Shown here one piece after another: positions 58,901 through 64,000 of a stretch of 64,000 nt of DNA; within the stretch, counting starts at the first letter, position 1, and each line of letters starts with the position of its first letter. The notes beneath the pieces were generated by a model. The model was not told the origin of the DNA, ran no database searches, and saw only the letters and a program-made list of their open reading frames with translations. This DNA comes from Marmoricola sp. (GTDB lineage Bacteria; Actinomycetota; Actinomycetes; Propionibacteriales; Nocardioidaceae), in NCBI GenBank assembly GCA_051961835.1, contig JBQCCW010000287.1, positions 522 through 64,521 on the forward strand, in the 5' to 3' direction. The position numbers and the translations under genes are program-made.

Positions 58901-60376
58901 GTGCCCCCCGCCTTCCCCCGTGCGTCTCCTCGCGCGGCGTGCCGAGCGCTGAGTCGGCGCCTGGGCGCTCGACTGGGGGACCGCCTGGGAGAGCGCGTCG
59001 GGGGCCGGGAGCGTGCGCGCGCTGTGGTGCTCCTGGCCGCGGTGCTCGCGCTCGACAGCGCCGACAAGGCCTGCGTCGGGGCCGTCGCCACCCAGCTCGA
59101 GCCGGCGCTGCACATCGGCAACGCGAAGCTCGGCCTGCTCGTCACCGTCTCGACCGCCGTCTCGGCGATCGCGACCCTGCCGATCGGCCGGTGGGTCGAC
59201 CGCGTGGACCGGGTGCGGCTGCTGTCCCTGGCCGTCGCCCTGTGGTCGGTCGCGATGGTGGCCTGCGGCGCGGCGTCGTCGTACGGCGCTCTGCTCGCCG
59301 CACGGGTCGTCCTCGGTGCCCTCGCCGCGACGGCGGCACCGGTGATCGCCTCGCTGACCGGTGACCTCTTCCCCGCCGCCGACCGCGCCCGGATCTACGG
59401 CTACGTGCTCAGCGGGGAGCTGATCGGTGCCGCCTTCGGCATCCTCGTGTCCGGCAACGTCGCCGCCGTACTGTCCTGGCGCGCGGCCTTCTGGGTGATG
59501 GTGCTTCCCGGGCTGGCGCTCGCGGTCGCGCTTCGCCGCCTGCTTCGCGAGCCGGCGCGTGGCAGCCAGTCGGCCCTGTCCCTGGAGGCGGCCGACCCGG
59601 TCCTCGTCGAGCAGGTCCACGAGCGCGGCATCGAGCCACGGCACAGCGTCCTCATCGGGGATCCCCGGCGGCGCTCGCTGTGGTGGGCGGTGCGCCACGT
59701 GCTGTCGATCCCCACCAACCGAGTGCTGATCCTCGCCTCCGCCCTGGGCTACTTCTTCTTCTCCGGGGTCCGGACCTTCGCGGTCGTCTTCGTCCGCGGC
59801 CGCTTCGACGTGGGCCAGAGCGCCGCCACCGGCCTCCTCGTGCTCGTCGGGATCGGCGCGATCGCCGGGGTGCTGATCACCGGCCGGGTCGCCGACCGGC
59901 TGCTGGGCCGAGGCGTCCTGGCGGCCCGGCCGCTCGTCGGCGGCGCCTCGCTGCTCGTCGCCGTGGTGCTGTTCGTGCCGGCGCTGCTCACCACGGCCCT
60001 GGTCGCCGCAGTGGTGCTGTTCGCGCTCGCGGCTGCGGGCGTGGGCGGCGTGAACCCGCCCACCGACGCCGCCCGGCTCGACATCGTCCACTTCGACCTG
60101 TGGGGCCGGGCGGAGGCGGTGCGGACGGTGCTGCGCTCGGCGGCCGAGGCGGTGGCTCCGCTCTTGTTCGGCTGGGTGTCGACGCAGCTGGGCACCGGCG
60201 CGGTCGCCGACGGGGGTGCCGACGTGCCGGCCGGTGGCGGCACCGGCGTGGGCCAGACGTTCCTGGTGATGCTGGTGCCGTTGCTCGCCTCCGCCCTGCT
60301 GCTGCTGCGCGCGCGCCGCACCTATCCCCGCGACGTCGCGACGGCGATCGCCGCCGAGGAGCGGACCCGGTGCTGA
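58901..60376 (+). CDS. MFS transporter (start uncertain)
   Basis: About 12 hydrophobic segments; GRWVDRVDR motif A and GRVADR. Confidence 0.88.
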   Translation: MPPAFPRASPRAACRALSRRLGARLGDRLGERVGGRERARAVVLLAAVLALDSADKACVGAVATQLEPALHIGNAKLGLLVTVSTAVSAIATLPIGRWVDRVDRVRLLSLAVALWSVAMVACGAASSYGALLAARVVLGALAATAAPVIASLTGDLFPAADRARIYGYVLSGELIGAAFGILVSGNVAAVLSWRAAFWVMVLPGLALAVALRRLLREPARGSQSALSLEAADPVLVEQVHERGIEPRHSVLIGDPRRRSLWWAVRHVLSIPTNRVLILASALGYFFFSGVRTFAVVFVRGRFDVGQSAATGLLVLVGIGAIAGVLITGRVADRLLGRGVLAARPLVGGASLLVAVVLFVPALLTTALVAAVVLFALAAAGVGGVNPPTDAARLDIVHFDLWGRAEAVRTVLRSAAEAVAPLLFGWVSTQLGTGAVADGGADVPAGGGTGVGQTFLVMLVPLLASALLLLRARRTYPRDVATAIAAEERTRC

Positions 60377-60390
60377 GGCCCGTCGGCCGC

Positions 60391-62104
<1,714 letters not shown>

Positions 62105-62113
62105 GGCACGCCG

Positions 62114-62614
62114 TCAGGAGGCGTCGAGGGCGTGCCGCAGGGCGTCGTACGCCGTCCGGCTGAAGGCCACCATCCGCGCCTCGGTGACCGAGGTGGGCGT
62201 CGCACGGAGGGTCGCGACCGCGCGATCGGCGGCGTCCTGGACGGGCCACCCGTAGACGCCTGCGGACACCAGCGGGAAGGCGACCGTGGCCGCGTCGATC
62301 TCGTCGGCGACCTCGAGCGCCCGGCGGTAGCACGACTCCAGCAGCGCCGGATCCGTCTGGCCGGCGTGCCGGTTCGGCCCGACGACGTGGATCACCCAGC
62401 GTGCCGGGAGCCGGCCGCCGGTCGTCCAGCCGGCATCGCCGGTGGCGAGACCCCGGGGGAACCGACGCACGCAGTCCTCGAGCACGGCCGGCCCGCCCGC
62501 CGCGTGGATGGCGCCGTCCACGCCACCCCCGCCCCGCATCCGGGAGTTCGCCGCATTCACCACCGCGTCCACGTCCTGCGTCGTGATGTCGCCGCTCACC
62601 AGCGTGATCTCCAT
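62114..62614 (-). CDS. Macrodomain O-acetyl-ADP-ribose deacetylase
   Basis: GDIT, VNAAN..GGGGVDGAIH and AFPLVSAGVYG motifs. Confidence 0.95.
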   Translation of the reverse strand: MEITLVSGDITTQDVDAVVNAANSRMRGGGGVDGAIHAAGGPAVLEDCVRRFPRGLATGDAGWTTGGRLPARWVIHVVGPNRHAGQTDPALLESCYRRALEVADEIDAATVAFPLVSAGVYGWPVQDAADRAVATLRATPTSVTEARMVAFSRTAYDALRHALDAS

Positions 62615-62628
62615 CCCGCCAGGCTACG

Positions 62629-62891
62629 TCCCCGCCGGTGCGCCGAGCGGGCGGTTGCGGTCCCCGCCGGTGCGCCTAGCGGGCGGTTGTGTACGCCGAA
62701 GCGGTTCGCGTGCCGGACCGCCCACTCGCCGCCAGTCAGCGTGCCGATACGCCCGCTCGGCGCGTGTCCGAACACCATCTCCGCCCGCTCGCCGCCTGCC
62801 CGAACACCGTTCCCGCCCGCTCGGCGCGTGCCCAGGCACCATCTCCGCCCGCTCGGCAGCTTCAGGCACACCGTTCCCGCCCGCTCGGCGG
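62629..62891. repeat. Intergenic 32-bp-period repeat array with core CGCCCGCTCGGCG in both orientations
   Basis: Inverted cores at 62641 and 62673; forward cores at 62719, 62750, 62782, 62814, 62846 and 62878. Confidence 0.9.
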
Positions 62892-62893
62892 TG

Positions 62894-63832
62894 TCAGGGG
62901 CGGGAGGCGGCCCTCCTGGCGAGCACCGCTGCGAGGCCGACCAGGCCGAGGAGGCCGACAAGCACGCCGAGTACGCGGCCTACACCGACCGGCCGGGTCT
63001 CCCCGGGGCGATGGGCGCCGGCGGGGTCCGGGTGAGGCGCGTCGGCGGCGGAGGCGTCGGCCCGGGGAGTGGGCGTCGCGGGCGCAGGGCGCATCCGCGC
63101 GCGCACGGCACGGGGAAGGGTGACCGAGAGCACCCGGGAGTGGACGCCCTCGCTGCCGATCCGGACCCGGTCGTGGGGACCGATCGAGACCGACTCGCCC
63201 TGCGGTTGCCGCGGCAACGGGAACGACCCGACCCGACGCCACGTCCCGTGCACGGGCACTGCGTACACGTAGGCGTCGTCGTAGGTGCGCACCAGCAGGT
63301 GCCGGCCGTCGGGGAACGCCGCCGCGTCGGTCACCAGCGCCGGCAGGGTGGGGCCGACCCGCTGGAGCGTGGTCACGCCGGAGGGGTCCAGGCGCCGCGG
63401 AGCGGCGTACGCGTGGCCGCCGAGGATGCCCTTGGTGAGGATCGTGAGCCGGCCACGCACGACGGCCAGCGCCTCGGCGTCGTGAGCGCCGTCGGGGTAG
63501 CGGAGCCGGTAGGAGCGGACCGGACCCCGGCTCAACGGCACGCGGTGAACGACCACGCTGCGGCGGCGCGCGAGGTTGTCGCCGATGTCGCCGACCCACA
63601 CCGCGTCGCGGCCGGCCGGCGCCAACGCCTCCACGTCGACCTGGCTCGCGGCGTACCGGACCGTCCCGCGCGTCTCACCGGTGCTCGGGTCGAGCACGAA
63701 CAGCAGCGACGGATGCCCGGAGTCGTTCGCCGACACCATCACCGCGCCGAGATCGACCAGGCTGCTGGACTCGGTCAGCCGAGGGTCCGCGATCCGGAAG
63801 ACCGGCGGCGGAGGGGCGGCGAGGATGATCAC
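62894..63832 (-). CDS. Hypothetical surface protein with C-terminal membrane anchor
   Basis: ESS.L, NDSG, D.EA, VGDIGDN, YPDG.HDAE and QPQGE repeats typical of beta-propeller-like secreted proteins; terminal TM. Confidence 0.75.
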   Translation of the reverse strand: MIILAAPPPPVFRIADPRLTESSSLVDLGAVMVSANDSGHPSLLFVLDPSTGETRGTVRYAASQVDVEALAPAGRDAVWVGDIGDNLARRRSVVVHRVPLSRGPVRSYRLRYPDGAHDAEALAVVRGRLTILTKGILGGHAYAAPRRLDPSGVTTLQRVGPTLPALVTDAAAFPDGRHLLVRTYDDAYVYAVPVHGTWRRVGSFPLPRQPQGESVSIGPHDRVRIGSEGVHSRVLSVTLPRAVRARMRPAPATPTPRADASAADAPHPDPAGAHRPGETRPVGVGRVLGVLVGLLGLVGLAAVLARRAASRP

Positions 63833-64000
63833 GGCCGCCGGCCGAGCAGCTCCCCGAGGCGAGGGCGTAGCCGCCAGGTCGTCACCAACTCGTCGTACTC
63901 CTCGCCCGCGCGCTCCCCGCCGCCGCCGCGGACCGCACGCAGCAGCGTGTTGCGCGGCGTGTGACGGCTCTCGACGAACTCCATCACGTCGACCCGGTAG
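63829..64000 (-). CDS. 3' end of a probable SAM-dependent methyltransferase cut by the window edge
   Basis: YRVDVMEFVESRHTPRNTLLRAVR...-stop at 63829. Confidence 0.65.
   Translation of the reverse strand, partial: YRVDVMEFVESRHTPRNTLLRAVRGGGGERAGEEYDELVTTWRLRPRLGELLGRRP

Noticed and set aside
62719-62891. CRISPR array interpretation of the repeats
   Set aside because: Core is only about 13 bp, linkers are about 19 bp and similar to each other, inverted copies are present, and there are no cas genes in the window

Overview
Very GC-rich actinobacterial chromosome; gene content and order suggest Nocardioidaceae (Nocardioides/Marmoricola-like), which is an inference. Left part (1-20 kb): housekeeping genes, including the tRNA-Ala/glpR-like/rimJ/moaB/moaC/moeA/UGPase locus, a CIRCE-preceded FmdB zinc-ribbon gene, mscL, an LCP protein, tRNA-Arg(CCT), a sirtuin, serA, ideR and a DevR-like regulator facing a kinase-like gene with no ATPase domain. 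Centre (20.3-48.9 kb): one contiguous flagellar cluster (csrA, fliW, flgLKN, fliA, fliC, fliD through flhA) with no recognisable flgM, flgF/flgG or chemotaxis genes. Six CTCA-N16-GCCGA(T/A) sigma28-type promoters and repeated ANGGA-loop (CsrA-type) hairpins occur in its leaders. Right part: MarR, a TetR-controlled heterodimeric ABC exporter, a small toxin-antitoxin islet (Phd/YefM-RelE pair plus an unannotated VapC remnant), acyl-CoA dehydrogenase, pdxH, citrate synthase, DedA, MFS, serC, a macrodomain gene and a 32-bp-period inverted repeat array. The most unexplained element is an apparently independent ~175-nt structured transcription unit at 49440-49648 (minus strand) with an extended Shine-Dalgarno and a 12-codon ORF. 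All calls come from reading the sequence; no searches were run.
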